The position numbers and the translations under genes are program-made. A stretch of DNA of 64,000 nucleotides from NCBI GenBank assembly GCA_964410585.1, contig CAYPFW010000001.1, positions 536,454 through 600,453 of the forward strand, in the 5' to 3' direction. Source of the stretch: an uncultured archaeon (GTDB lineage Archaea; Aenigmatarchaeota; Aenigmatarchaeia; QMZP01; JACQNV01). The notes below the pieces were generated by a model. That model was not told the origin of the DNA. It ran no database searches and worked only from the letters and a program-made list of their open reading frames with translations. Numbering within the stretch: position 1 is the first letter of the stretch; each line of letters starts with the position of its first letter. Below, piece after piece: positions 20,524-31,649 of the stretch.

Positions 20524-21954
20524 ATGAGGCTATTTAGATACATTGCTCCTGCACTGCTTGCTTTTCTTGCAAGTGGGGATGCAGAAGCGCAACAAGCATC
20601 TTTAACTGAAAGGGCAGTTGAGGCAAAAGCAGAAAATGGATCAACAGCAAAACTAAAAATAAGCGGATATACCTCATTGCCTATTGGAACACAGGCCAGA
20701 TACTCTACTGAAATCCAAGGAAGGGGAATTGAAAGAGCTGTTTTTGTAGTTGGTGTAAACAAGTTTGAGGGGAGCATATCACAATCAAAAGCTTCAGCAA
20801 ATGTGTACGAAGTTGTGCCAATTGGAGAAAGAGAGAGACAATTTGCTTGGATTAGACCAGAACAAGCCTCTAGGATTTTAGACGAATCTACAATAGCAGA
20901 CTTTCCATCTTGGGTAACTGATCCAGGATATGAAAAAACAATTTGTTTTATAGAAAAACCACTTGACCAAGATGTTAGAGCACTTGTTGCAAGGGTTCCT
21001 GTCGATGTGTACAGAGATGGGGGTATCAAAGTTTATTCTGGTGTGACAATCAATGGAAGGAAGCTAAATTTATCAGAAGATCTTCCAGTTGATGTTAGAG
21101 AAACTTTACCGCGCCTTGTAAATTCCAAAAGGTTAGAAAGTGCTGAAGGTTTTGGATGGGTAAAACAGCAACCATACACTGAATCTTTTATTTTGCTTTC
21201 TGGATCTTCTTTTGACTTGTTTTACCAATCAATGGGAGACAAGGATGTTCTATCAACTGATCCTGTTAGAATGCTTTCTGTTTCTGGGACAAGGGTTTTA
21301 GCAGAGAAAGAAGGAAAACTTTGCACAGCTGATTTAGATTTTACTAGAGGCCGCCCTGTAACAGTTAACTGGACTCAAATAGTGGATAGAGGATCTATAT
21401 CAAAAGTTTTCTTGTCCCCTCCTGGTGACAGTATATTATATTTAAGGGATGGAATATTGTACAGAATGCCTATTGGAGGCTCAGAAACACTTGCTAGCTA
21501 CTTACACATTGATACAGATGAAAACTGGGTTCCCTGGTCTGGTGGAGAATCTCTTGTTTTCCCAGCTCAAGGGGATTTGTGGGAAGCAGACAATAGAGGG
21601 ACAAGAAGATTGACAGAAACATCTGAAATAGAATCAGGACCACAAGCATCCCCACGCAACAGAAACCTTTCCTTTATTCTAAACAGCCAGATTTGGATCA
21701 GACAAACAGGTGGACAAAGACAGCTAACACAAGGACAAGGAGAAATAAAATATTCTTGGGCACCGAGAGATGATTTCTTGGCATACAGCAGAGGTGGGAG
21801 GATTTTTGTGGTAAAAACAGATACAGGCGAAGCATCAGATGTGACACCATCTGCCCATGATTTTTTTGAAGGCCCTATCTTTTCTCCAGACGAAAGACAG
21901 ATTTTGTGTAGGGGAAGAAATGGATTGTATGTAATTGGCCTCTCTCGCCAATAG
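20524..21954 (+). CDS. Secreted TolB-like beta-propeller protein
   Basis: Signal peptide; SPPGD, WSGG, ASPR, WAPRD, FSPDE repeats. Confidence 0.7.
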   Translation: MRLFRYIAPALLAFLASGDAEAQQASLTERAVEAKAENGSTAKLKISGYTSLPIGTQARYSTEIQGRGIERAVFVVGVNKFEGSISQSKASANVYEVVPIGERERQFAWIRPEQASRILDESTIADFPSWVTDPGYEKTICFIEKPLDQDVRALVARVPVDVYRDGGIKVYSGVTINGRKLNLSEDLPVDVRETLPRLVNSKRLESAEGFGWVKQQPYTESFILLSGSSFDLFYQSMGDKDVLSTDPVRMLSVSGTRVLAEKEGKLCTADLDFTRGRPVTVNWTQIVDRGSISKVFLSPPGDSILYLRDGILYRMPIGGSETLASYLHIDTDENWVPWSGGESLVFPAQGDLWEADNRGTRRLTETSEIESGPQASPRNRNLSFILNSQIWIRQTGGQRQLTQGQGEIKYSWAPRDDFLAYSRGGRIFVVKTDTGEASDVTPSAHDFFEGPIFSPDERQILCRGRNGLYVIGLSRQ

Positions 21955-21984
21955 TTTATATACAGGATTTTCTATTATATTTCT

Positions 21985-23295
21985 ATGAAGAAGCTAGTTT
22001 TCTTATTGTCTATACTTATTTTGGTTCCCATAGCCTCAGCTAGGTTGGTTGACAACACAAACTATGCAATACCACAAAACAGTCAGAAATGTTTTGACTT
22101 AAGTATACCAGAAGATTTTGGCGTGATAGATACAAGGGTGACATTTTCAATATCTTCTAATTGCGGCGACTGGTGTGATTTCTCAAAATCCCTACTAACA
22201 ACAGACAGGACAAATCCTGTAATTATCCCAATTTGTTTAACATCAAAAGACAAAAAATCAGGTGATAGGAAGACATTTTCAGTTGACATTTCCACACAAG
22301 GTAAAAAGAAAACATATAATTTTGGAGCATGCGTGCATGATAATGCAGATAAGGATGTTGGCTCAGGAGATCCGTGTGGAATTACAAACATCAAACAAGA
22401 TAACTTTGATATAACAGTTAACCCAGACCCAATATATGTAGAATCTGGAAAGTCAAAAACATATGAAATACATATAACATCACAAGAAAGGTTTAAAGTT
22501 GAAGTTGAAAGCTCAACTGGTAGGAAATGGAACGTAGAAACAAACCCCAAAAATGCAAATGGTGCAGTTGTTACAGACAACGTAGGATCAGATAAGACAG
22601 AAATTGCAATAACAGCAAGGATAACAAATAGCCAAGTTCCAGGTGACACGAAAACTATCACTGTCCCTGTTTATTTGTCAGCAGATCCGCCTCCAGGGGA
22701 TTTTGCTATCTTCCTATCAAAAGAAAACACAAACACTTTGGTGAATGATCCTGTAAACTACGAGCTTGAAATAGAAAATTTTGGAGACTCAAAAGAATAT
22801 ACAATTCAGGTACAGGTACCAAACTGGTTTAAATCAGATATTTCAAACCTAACAAGGACAATTTCTGGAAAAGAAAAAGTAAATATACAAATTACACCAA
22901 CACAGGCTATAAGCAGTGATTTTAGAATAATTGTTTCAACAAGTGGCGGTGAAAAGACAAAAGCACCTTTCATCAGTGTGAATGAAATACAATCAGACAT
23001 AGGAAGGACACTGCAAACAGAAAACCCCCCTTCAAAAGTGAGAAGATGCATGAGTCAACAAAATGTTGCAAACAGGGGCAAGTCAATAGGCGACCAAGTT
23101 GATTCTTGGGGAAGTTTTTTGGACTGTACAGAAGAGCCAGAAACAGGAACAAGCCCTGGATCTCCAGGCACTCAGGGAACAGGATTGAACCCAGCTTTCA
23201 TAATTATCCCTATAGTTGTGATCGCAGGCGCTGTTTTCTACTATTTCTACAAGAAGAAAAAACCAGTTGAAGAAGATCAAGAAGAGCAGTACTAA
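21985..23295 (+). CDS. Secreted Ig-like surface protein with C-terminal TM anchor (paralog of 27396-28736)
   Basis: Signal peptide; KCFDLSIPEDF; TM helix followed by KKKK. Confidence 0.75.
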   Translation: MKKLVFLLSILILVPIASARLVDNTNYAIPQNSQKCFDLSIPEDFGVIDTRVTFSISSNCGDWCDFSKSLLTTDRTNPVIIPICLTSKDKKSGDRKTFSVDISTQGKKKTYNFGACVHDNADKDVGSGDPCGITNIKQDNFDITVNPDPIYVESGKSKTYEIHITSQERFKVEVESSTGRKWNVETNPKNANGAVVTDNVGSDKTEIAITARITNSQVPGDTKTITVPVYLSADPPPGDFAIFLSKENTNTLVNDPVNYELEIENFGDSKEYTIQVQVPNWFKSDISNLTRTISGKEKVNIQITPTQAISSDFRIIVSTSGGEKTKAPFISVNEIQSDIGRTLQTENPPSKVRRCMSQQNVANRGKSIGDQVDSWGSFLDCTEEPETGTSPGSPGTQGTGLNPAFIIIPIVVIAGAVFYYFYKKKKPVEEDQEEQY

Positions 23296-23338
23296 ATTGC
23301 TTCTAACTGTATAAAAACAGGCTCCAATAAATATACTT

Positions 23339-25219
23339 ATGTATAAGGGGCAGTCTCATTTTCTGATAATCATAGGCATCTTGATTTTTGTCCTAGTTGT
23401 AATTGTTTTCGCTACACAGAGCAATCTTATTTTCCCAACAGATGCTGGATCACTTGAACTGAAAAAAGCTTTGGCAGCTGAAATGGAAAATAAAATAAGA
23501 AACCAAGCACTTGATACTATACAAAAAATAGGAAAAAGAGGAGGATATTTAGAATCACCACAACTATCTACAGAATTCTCAGGTGAACAGGTCCCATACT
23601 GGCAGGTTTGCCAAAAACCTATTATACCGCCCCTAGACACAATAAAACAAAACATAAAAAATGATTTGCAGACAAAACTCAATTCAAACAAAGCCAGTGA
23701 ATTCCAGGGGAAAGGAGTTGTTGTCAGCGATGTACAAAACATAGAAGTTGTTACAAGGCCAGATGATACTATCTTACGTATTTGGATGCCTACAAGGATT
23801 GAGAATATAGAACTGGACCAACCCTATCAAATCATTGTGCCACTTGAACTTGGAAAAGCCTATGATTTTGCTTCGTCTTTTATTTCAGATAACTCAAAAA
23901 ACAGGCATCTAAGTAAATTCATAGCCTCGCTTTTGTACCATTCTTATGATAGATATTTACCAACAGTTGGATTGCTCACAAAATGTGGAGATAATATAAT
24001 TCTAACATATGATCAGGCAAAAGAGAGAGTTCAAAATATTTTAAATTTTGCCACACTAAACATCCGATTTTGGCAACAACAACCAACTAACACAGATTAT
24101 TTATCATACTACATACCAAATATTGGCGGAAAAACATTTGAAGATTTAGAAATCAGTTTTAGACAAACAGACTCTCTGGACAAAAACACATTTCAATCAT
24201 CCATGAATCCAATTGTTATAGTAAATTCAAGAAACTTGTACAAAGTCCTACCATATTGCACAAAAGGATATGATATCAGATACAACATAAGGCCTTCTTT
24301 TGTTGCTTCTGTGAAGACGAAGAATAATTTTGAATTCAACTTTGGTGTTATGCCATTTGTTAAGAATTCTAGAGTTGGCCTATGTTCGGGAGTTGAAGAT
24401 TTAGTAAATATAGCAGATACATGTTCTCAGGCCAAATGCGATGCTAAAGTATTAGTTGAAGGACCTAATGGATCTCCTGTTCCTGGGACAAAGGTTTTGT
24501 TCTCATCATGTAGTTTAGGAAAAACAAACGAACAAGGTATCGCTGAAGGCAAGGTCCCATGCAGTATCTCACAGTTATCTGCTTTTAACCAAGAGTATCT
24601 GCCATTTTACGATATAAAAAGCAGTCTTGATCTGAAAGACACAAAAATAACATTAAGGAAGGGTCCTCCAATAACAATACACTTTTCAAAAGCATTTGTT
24701 GAAACACAGGCAACCTCGATTTTTGGAGTAACAAAAATAGATGGCTACAAAATTACAATTGACAATAGTCCAACAGAGCACATATTCACTGAAGTCATAC
24801 AAAGGGAAGGCAGTCCATGGAATACTTTTGAAACAATTATAACAAATAACAACCCGGATACTGGGCTCACAGAATCCATTATGATTGATTTCCTCCCAAC
24901 AGGAAAATATGAATTCACTGTGAATTCATTTAAAAGTTTGAGACTTTACAAAAAGTTTTGCACTCACAGGAAATGGTATGATAATTCTTGTGACAGATAC
25001 GAAACAATAGACCAAAACATAATTGTACCAACAAAAATCACTCGAGAATTTGAGATAAAAGAAAATACAACAGACATCTATCTAACAGCCTTCTACCCTG
25101 CCAAAAGCCAAGTTGGGGAAGCACCCGATCAATATGACTATGGCGATGGTGCAATATTTTCCCAGTGCATTTTATCTGTTTCAGAAATTGAGCAAAAATT
25201 GTGCGAGATTAAACTATGA
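23339..25219 (+). CDS. Large class III signal-peptide protein (paralog of 13979-15841)
   Basis: MYKG/QSHFLIIIG; RGGY; CSLGKTNEQG...KVPC. Confidence 0.8.
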   Translation: MYKGQSHFLIIIGILIFVLVVIVFATQSNLIFPTDAGSLELKKALAAEMENKIRNQALDTIQKIGKRGGYLESPQLSTEFSGEQVPYWQVCQKPIIPPLDTIKQNIKNDLQTKLNSNKASEFQGKGVVVSDVQNIEVVTRPDDTILRIWMPTRIENIELDQPYQIIVPLELGKAYDFASSFISDNSKNRHLSKFIASLLYHSYDRYLPTVGLLTKCGDNIILTYDQAKERVQNILNFATLNIRFWQQQPTNTDYLSYYIPNIGGKTFEDLEISFRQTDSLDKNTFQSSMNPIVIVNSRNLYKVLPYCTKGYDIRYNIRPSFVASVKTKNNFEFNFGVMPFVKNSRVGLCSGVEDLVNIADTCSQAKCDAKVLVEGPNGSPVPGTKVLFSSCSLGKTNEQGIAEGKVPCSISQLSAFNQEYLPFYDIKSSLDLKDTKITLRKGPPITIHFSKAFVETQATSIFGVTKIDGYKITIDNSPTEHIFTEVIQREGSPWNTFETIITNNNPDTGLTESIMIDFLPTGKYEFTVNSFKSLRLYKKFCTHRKWYDNSCDRYETIDQNIIVPTKITREFEIKENTTDIYLTAFYPAKSQVGEAPDQYDYGDGAIFSQCILSVSEIEQKLCEIKL

Positions 25220-27399
25220 AAAAAATAATTTTGTTAGTGTTTGCAATTGGTTTTTTTGTCAGTTTGACAAGCGTTTCTGCTGTAACACTAAATCTGATAA
25301 ACGGGGCAGATAGGGAGAGTGTTCAGTTTGATAAATCGCTTCTATACAAAAAAGAATTAAACATGACTGCAGACAAAGTTTTGCTCAAAATTTTGGATGC
25401 ACCAAACAAAACAGTTGAAAATGTCCTTGTCTATTTGTGCAAAAATTCGAATCCAGAAGATTGTCTGAATAAAAAACCAATAAAATACAGGAAAACAGTT
25501 AACACAGAATTCCTAAAAACAGATGTTTTGGAAAACGACAAGGGAAGTATTTTGATTTTTGTTGAATTAAAATCAGGCGATAAGTCTGGGTGGTTCTCTG
25601 ACATATTTTCAATAGACAGAAGCCAATTTTTAAACTCCGAAAACTACCAAGTTGATGTTGATTTGAAGACAAATCTGAACGACACAAAATCTCTTTTATT
25701 TAATACAGGTATGATTCCATATAATTTCATAAACTCTATTCAATTCAAAGGCAAGAGTTTCTACCAATTATCAGGTATTGAAAATAAGGAAAGTTTTATT
25801 GGTAAAAAAACATTGAACTTTACATACAGTAAGTTGGAAAACTCTGTTAAAAACATAGAGGGATATTCCTTTATTTTCCCAATTGGACAAGACGCTTTGT
25901 CACCAATATCTATTTATAATCTAAAGGAAAAATGCGGCGACGCTGTTTGCGGGTTAGGTGAAAGTTATAATACTTGTTGGTCAGATTGTAGGTGCCCAGT
26001 GGGACAAGTTCCTGGAAGCAAAGGTTGTTCATCTGATGCTATAAAAATTGTTGTTGATACACCACCCCAGACAATTGAGTGTATATCAAATGATGAAGTT
26101 TGTGGACCCTTACCTTCAAATTTTACTCTAAAATTCCATTTGGAAAACGCTCCAATAGACTATAGGCAAACACAACACTTCAAACTTGGGAATAAACCAT
26201 TCATTGGTGAGCTTTGCAGACCAGATACACCGCCAAGGATAGAAAAACTAGACAAAGGACTTTTCCTTTATGTAAACAACGCAACAAGCTATACATGCGA
26301 TGCGCCACCTGTTTTAATCAACAATTCAGATATTGGGGAACTTGTTTTTTCAATTTACCTTTCATTATCTTACAAAACACAAAATGGCACAGAATTCAAA
26401 GAAGCAGCAGGGCAGACAAAAATAACTTACAGAGATGTGACAGCAGAAGCTCGAGCCCAGCTTAGATCACTCCAAGAAAAGTTAGATGATGTAAAAAATG
26501 TACCAAGAGATGTCAAGCATGTGATGGAAGGTGTGAAGGCAATTAGTTATGTTATGCAAGCTGTTTCAGTAGGAACCTGTGCTTGCTGCGCTGCACCCTT
26601 TTGCGGCTGGGGTGCTGCATGCAGTAGCTGTTCAGTATCTGTAAAAACAACTTTGATAACTGAGGGTATATTCCAGCTTTTGAAACTTGGGCTTGCTGAA
26701 TGTACAGGTGTATACAATCCAACTGTTTTCAATATACCTGTTGGCGACACGGAAATAATAGAAGGGGGAACAGGGAGAGAATTGGCTTCTCAGGTTTCAT
26801 CAACATGTAGGAAGGTCAAAAGGTTCCAAGATTTGATGAGACAATATGTTGGGGAGGCAGAGGAAAAACAAAAAATCGACTTGAAAAACCATGTACAGAA
26901 TCTTGTTTGGGTAAATGGTGAAAAGTCAGGATATGCAACAGGTTACCTTTGTGAAAAAGAGAAGGCAGAAATTTACTATACATTTGACCAATTTGAATGC
27001 AAAAAAGATTTGTGGCTTAGCATGACACCTGATAGACCTGTATGCGAATGTAGTATAAACAGGTTTACAAAACCAAATCCTTTGGGAGACGCTTGTAATT
27101 GTTTTGAAAACACAACTAGCTACTCTTGGATTATAGACAATTCAACAGGAAAGCCATTTGGGAGGCAAAAATACAATACAACTGATTTCCACTTGCTCTA
27201 CAATTCAACAGCTGACTTGCTTTTCACAAGCTCAAGAAAAGACCTTAACATAACACTTTACTGTGAGAGCGATATATACAAGACAATATCAGACACTCTA
27301 CCGCTTGTATCCTACAAACAAACATGCGGAGTAGCAGCGAACCAGACAGGTGTGAGCATATTTAACCCTAATCCAACAACAGGAGCTTCAATAATATGA
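25216..27399 (+). CDS. Secreted Cys-rich protein (paralog of the N-terminal half of 15944-20479)
   Basis: VYLCK...DCL; CGDAVCGLGESYNTCWSDC. Confidence 0.75.
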   Translation: MKKIILLVFAIGFFVSLTSVSAVTLNLINGADRESVQFDKSLLYKKELNMTADKVLLKILDAPNKTVENVLVYLCKNSNPEDCLNKKPIKYRKTVNTEFLKTDVLENDKGSILIFVELKSGDKSGWFSDIFSIDRSQFLNSENYQVDVDLKTNLNDTKSLLFNTGMIPYNFINSIQFKGKSFYQLSGIENKESFIGKKTLNFTYSKLENSVKNIEGYSFIFPIGQDALSPISIYNLKEKCGDAVCGLGESYNTCWSDCRCPVGQVPGSKGCSSDAIKIVVDTPPQTIECISNDEVCGPLPSNFTLKFHLENAPIDYRQTQHFKLGNKPFIGELCRPDTPPRIEKLDKGLFLYVNNATSYTCDAPPVLINNSDIGELVFSIYLSLSYKTQNGTEFKEAAGQTKITYRDVTAEARAQLRSLQEKLDDVKNVPRDVKHVMEGVKAISYVMQAVSVGTCACCAAPFCGWGAACSSCSVSVKTTLITEGIFQLLKLGLAECTGVYNPTVFNIPVGDTEIIEGGTGRELASQVSSTCRKVKRFQDLMRQYVGEAEEKQKIDLKNHVQNLVWVNGEKSGYATGYLCEKEKAEIYYTFDQFECKKDLWLSMTPDRPVCECSINRFTKPNPLGDACNCFENTTSYSWIIDNSTGKPFGRQKYNTTDFHLLYNSTADLLFTSSRKDLNITLYCESDIYKTISDTLPLVSYKQTCGVAANQTGVSIFNPNPTTGASII

Positions 27400-28736
27400 A
27401 AAAGATAATTTTTGTTTTCCTACTTGCAGTTTTGGTGCCTTCTGTTTATGCATGGGAGCCAAATTTTTATTTCACTGTTCCTCCAAATGGTGAGAAATGC
27501 TTTGACTTCAACATACCAAAAGACTTCAATACAGGATCAGAAGATAGGTATCAAATAAACATAACATCAGATCTTCCTGTTAATCTGAATTTTATTGAGA
27601 CATACGCATCCACAAAAAATAATATAGATCTCCCTATTTGCTTTTCAGCAAAAAATAGGAATGAAAGTGAATTTGGATACTACAAGATTTTCCTAAAATC
27701 AAAATCAAAGGAAAGGATTTTGAAAGGTGGGATATGTATATCTAGTCTAGACGATGTCGATGTTGTAAACAAGCAAGCTGAGCCCTGCGATTTGATAAAC
27801 AGCCATAATAACCTATTTTCAGCAAGCCTGAGCCCAAGCCAGGTTATAACAAGCCCTGAAAAACAAACAAAAATATCGCTCAGATTGCTTTCTTCAGAGG
27901 ACATAGATATTGAAATAAGGCCTGAAACAAACATTAATTTGATTGATAAAACTCCGCGGATTGTTAGGCTTGAAAGAGGGAGAGTAAAAACAGAGGTTTT
28001 TGATTTTGTTGCTCCAAAAAAAGGAGAATATAATTTTAGTGTTGACTTAGCAGCGATAGTAAACAGGGAGTATTGCAACTTCCCTTTTTGTAAATTGAGG
28101 CTTGACACAACAGTCAGTGTAGATGGTGTTAAGAAAACTGGATGGGACATGAGTGTCTTCCCTATTTCTCATTCTGTGAACAGGCTGGAACCAACAGAGT
28201 TTCTTGTGACAATAGACAATCATGAAGATGACAAAGATTTCATAATAGATGCTATTGTTCCTCAAGGCCTTAGGACGGATTTCAGGCAAACAACAATAAA
28301 TGTCAAAAAAGATGAGCAGAAAGACGTTTTGGTTAGAGTGGTCCCAGAAAACTTGGATCAAAAATTATACACACTCGCATTTACTGCGCAAGCAGATAGG
28401 CAAGAAGTTGAGCAGGCATATTTGAGTGTTGGTGAAATCATAACAGACACATGCAGGAAATTTCCTATACTTTGCCAAGGAGGGAAAATACCAAACCTTG
28501 GCGGTTGCACATTGAAAGGTACAAGTCTGATAAATACAAGCTGTCTTATTAACCAACAAACAGGGGGACCAACACCTGGTTTTAATCTGACAAATGGACA
28601 GGGGAACCAACCAACACCAGAACCAACTGGTGGAATAAATCCGCTCTTAGTTGTTATCCCAATTTTGATAATTATACTTGCATTTGTTTATTTGTTTTAT
28701 AGAAAGAAATCAGAAAGCGTGATTGAGGTTGAGTAG
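27396..28736 (+). CDS. Secreted Ig-like surface protein with C-terminal TM anchor
   Basis: KCFDFNIPKDF; PICF; TM helix followed by RKK. Confidence 0.75.
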   Translation: MKKIIFVFLLAVLVPSVYAWEPNFYFTVPPNGEKCFDFNIPKDFNTGSEDRYQINITSDLPVNLNFIETYASTKNNIDLPICFSAKNRNESEFGYYKIFLKSKSKERILKGGICISSLDDVDVVNKQAEPCDLINSHNNLFSASLSPSQVITSPEKQTKISLRLLSSEDIDIEIRPETNINLIDKTPRIVRLERGRVKTEVFDFVAPKKGEYNFSVDLAAIVNREYCNFPFCKLRLDTTVSVDGVKKTGWDMSVFPISHSVNRLEPTEFLVTIDNHEDDKDFIIDAIVPQGLRTDFRQTTINVKKDEQKDVLVRVVPENLDQKLYTLAFTAQADRQEVEQAYLSVGEIITDTCRKFPILCQGGKIPNLGGCTLKGTSLINTSCLINQQTGGPTPGFNLTNGQGNQPTPEPTGGINPLLVVIPILIIILAFVYLFYRKKSESVIEVE

Positions 28737-28737
28737 G

Positions 28738-28864
28738 TTGGAAGGTGTAATCGAACGAAGAGTCTCAACGATGAGTGTCAGATACCAAAGCTGATTGAGA
28801 TCAGCTTCCAACTCTTACGAGCCTCCTACTTTTCGCATAAGCCTTTTTCCCAGAAAAGGCTTAC
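28738..28864 (+). repeat. Repeat family 1, expanded copy 3, between convergent genes
   Basis: GGAAGGTGTAA...TTACGAGCCTCC enclosing extra hairpins, then AAGCCTTTT-TCCCAG-AAAAGGCTT. Confidence 0.6.
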
Positions 28865-30570
28865 TTCTCCTCAGCTTCCTCTTCCTCGTAATACTTTTCT
28901 TCTTCTGTTTGCTCTGCTGTTTTGCCTTTCAAGAACTTTTTTTTATACACAAACAAAGCAACTGCTACAATAACTATTACAATTATTATTACAAGCGGAC
29001 TTATTCCAGCTGGAACGTCTGGCAATCTTCCTAAAAGCAGTATTTGAGCTTTTGCTTTTTCCAAACTTTCCTGGGCTTGAGAATATTGCTTATTACTTAT
29101 ATGATTGTCAGCAGTTTGCAGGTTTAGGTCTATGCTGCTAGCCAGGCTTGAAACAACATCTTCTGAATACTTCTTTTTTAGTTCTTCTTTTGCCTTGTCA
29201 AACGTGGCTCTTGTATCTGTCAAATCTGTCTGCAGATCACCATATACCCTTATACTAACAGCAACATCTTTGTCGCCCCAATTGCTTTTTACCGTGACCT
29301 TTCCTGTATAAGTGTCAGGCGCTGTTGTTTGAAGCTTTAGTACAAGCTTTGCTTCCCCTGATGTGATCTTGTCTGTTACTGGGTCAGACTTGATCACAGA
29401 ACTTGAAAGGCCTTCTCTAGCTTCTATTCCAGATATCTGGAGCTCCCCGCCCCCACCATTCCTGATTGTGATTTCTGTTCTTATTTCTTCTGAGGACAAG
29501 TATTCGCCTGACCAAATTGGATTAGATAAAACTAAAGAAGGATTACTTCCCCCAAATGCTTGGCCTGCTAAATTAATTTTTAGGTTAATTGGAACCTTGT
29601 TCAGAAGTTTTTTAGCTGCGCCTGCACCTGAATACAGCTCAAAGAAGCTGTTGATAAACATTCCTGTCCTTATGTTCTCTACTTTGACTGTGTATTTCAA
29701 TGTTGCCTTTGAAGCTATTGTTGCTTTTTCCAGGACAACCTTGACAACATCTTTTATGTCATCTGCAACAACAACTGACAAGTTTGTGAATTCTTGGTTT
29801 AGGGGATTCCTTATTGAGAAATCACCTGTGTATGTTTCACCTAAACTGTGAGTTTTTTCATCTCTCGCTACATCAACATCTAGGCTTCCTGTAGAACCAG
29901 GTCCACCTAATTCAATATAATCTACAAACCCACCAGAGCCCTTGTCAGAAGAAAATTCAAAAGCAACAAAATATTGTCCGCCTGGAAGTGTTCTGTTCAA
30001 AAGGTAATCACCTGTGAATGTTCTTTTTGCTAAATCCCCTGAGTCAAAAAGTGATAGGTCTCCTGCCTTGTAAATGCTGTACTTTGGTGTGCCTGAGACA
30101 ACTGCATTCTTTGCAGCAACTGTGATGAAGACGCTTCCTTCGCCTGTTTTTCCAATTTCGTGGTCAACTGTGACTAACTCTAGTTCCCCTGGATTGACTG
30201 ATAGCTGCTTGACAGCAGACGACTCTTTTCCCGAGAAAGCTGTGATGTCTAGGCCAAAGCTGACACCTGCTCCGCCTTGGTCAAATGGAACATCACCACA
30301 TGTTGAATCCTTTGGTGAAAAATAGCAGAGCCATTTATTTGATGAGAGTTTTTTGAATGAGCCCAAGTGAGGATCTGTAACAATGTCCCATGAAACATAT
30401 GAAGGCTCTTGAAGATCTGAAGTTTCTGCAACTAGAAGAACAGGAAGCTTTGCTGAGAAATTTCCTGGAATTGTATAAACATTATTAACAACTGGCTGAG
30501 CGCTGGCTGAGATAGCTAAGACAGCTATTGAGAAAAATATTCCCAGAATTATTGATATTGAGTTCTTCAT
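28861..30570 (-). CDS. Secreted surface protein with C-terminal TM anchor
   Basis: Signal peptide, Ig-like beta-rich segments, TM helix with basic then acidic tail. Confidence 0.75.
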   Translation of the reverse strand: MKNSISIILGIFFSIAVLAISASAQPVVNNVYTIPGNFSAKLPVLLVAETSDLQEPSYVSWDIVTDPHLGSFKKLSSNKWLCYFSPKDSTCGDVPFDQGGAGVSFGLDITAFSGKESSAVKQLSVNPGELELVTVDHEIGKTGEGSVFITVAAKNAVVSGTPKYSIYKAGDLSLFDSGDLAKRTFTGDYLLNRTLPGGQYFVAFEFSSDKGSGGFVDYIELGGPGSTGSLDVDVARDEKTHSLGETYTGDFSIRNPLNQEFTNLSVVVADDIKDVVKVVLEKATIASKATLKYTVKVENIRTGMFINSFFELYSGAGAAKKLLNKVPINLKINLAGQAFGGSNPSLVLSNPIWSGEYLSSEEIRTEITIRNGGGGELQISGIEAREGLSSSVIKSDPVTDKITSGEAKLVLKLQTTAPDTYTGKVTVKSNWGDKDVAVSIRVYGDLQTDLTDTRATFDKAKEELKKKYSEDVVSSLASSIDLNLQTADNHISNKQYSQAQESLEKAKAQILLLGRLPDVPAGISPLVIIIVIVIVAVALFVYKKKFLKGKTAEQTEEEKYYEEEEAEEK

Positions 30571-30590
30571 AATACTATAATTGAGCCGCT

Positions 30591-31073
30591 CTAGTATATA
30601 TTAGTTAAAAGACTGTAGGCAAGAAGTACAGCTATTACAGCCCAATTTACAATTAGGAATTTTCTACTTTTCCAGTGCAAGAGGCCGTTTATTTTGTAGC
30701 CTAAAGGATAGAGCGGTTTGTTGCCTAGAGTTCCTTTGTGCAGAAACATGTCGAATAAAAGGTGCAGTCCCCAGCCGTATAGAAGGGGCATGTACACCGA
30801 TTTTGTCAGGATTGAACCAAGGGCAAACAGGACAAAAACAGAGACAAAACTATGAGAGGAATAGTATACAGATTTTATCCAGCCTTCTCTTTCGTGAACC
30901 ATCAAAAAGCCTGTCTTGCCTTTTAGCCTATCTGAGATAAACAAGAAAAAAGATGGTATGCCCCAAATCAGGTCTGGTAGAATTGAGAAGAATAGGATTT
31001 GGATAAGTTGGTTTGAAGGAACAAACTTGCCAAAAATAATAAATGACCAAACCAAGTGCGCGAAAAGATCCAT
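30591..31073 (-). CDS. Membrane metal-dependent hydrolase (YdjM-like)
   Basis: H near N-terminus, LPD, HS, HLLFD. Confidence 0.75.
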   Translation of the reverse strand: MDLFAHLVWSFIIFGKFVPSNQLIQILFFSILPDLIWGIPSFFLFISDRLKGKTGFLMVHEREGWIKSVYYSSHSFVSVFVLFALGSILTKSVYMPLLYGWGLHLLFDMFLHKGTLGNKPLYPLGYKINGLLHWKSRKFLIVNWAVIAVLLAYSLLTNIY

Positions 31074-31165
31074 GTTATTGGTTAGTTTTTGAGATTATAT
31101 TGTTTGCTAAAAATAGGCTTCTTAGAAAGTAGGAAGTTATATACTCACTTAAATTATATGTTTAT

Positions 31166-31582
31166 ATGGATGCAAAAATTATCGCTTCACCGAAGATTGA
31201 ACTTAAAAAATCACAAATTCCGCAAGCTGGCCGTGGCGTCTTTGCTCGAGAACCAATTAAGAAAAACAAAATAATTGAGCAATGTCCAGTTTTGGTTGTT
31301 CCCCGCAAAGACTATAAAAATCTAAAGAAAACCATTTTGCGGAATTACTATTTTATGTGGGGTAAAGTGACTTGTGGAATTTGTTTTGGTTTTGGCTCTT
31401 TCTACAATCATTCTTACAGACCCAATTCGACTTTCAAAATAGACACAAAAAACCATATCATTAGATTTGTTGCGATAAAAGATATCAGAAAAGGTGAAGA
31501 GATAACAGTAAACTATAATTACGGAGATCCAGACAGTAAAAAGCCTCTTTGGATTAAAGACATAAAACCGTGGACAGTGTAA
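31166..31582 (+). CDS. SET-domain protein
   Basis: GRGVFA, YNHSYRPN, GEEITVNY. Confidence 0.9.
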   Translation: MDAKIIASPKIELKKSQIPQAGRGVFAREPIKKNKIIEQCPVLVVPRKDYKNLKKTILRNYYFMWGKVTCGICFGFGSFYNHSYRPNSTFKIDTKNHIIRFVAIKDIRKGEEITVNYNYGDPDSKKPLWIKDIKPWTV

Positions 31583-31649
31583 TACTTTTTTGTTATCAGA
31601 CTTTTAACATCACTTAATGGATTTAAACCAAATATACAATATAGCCAAT

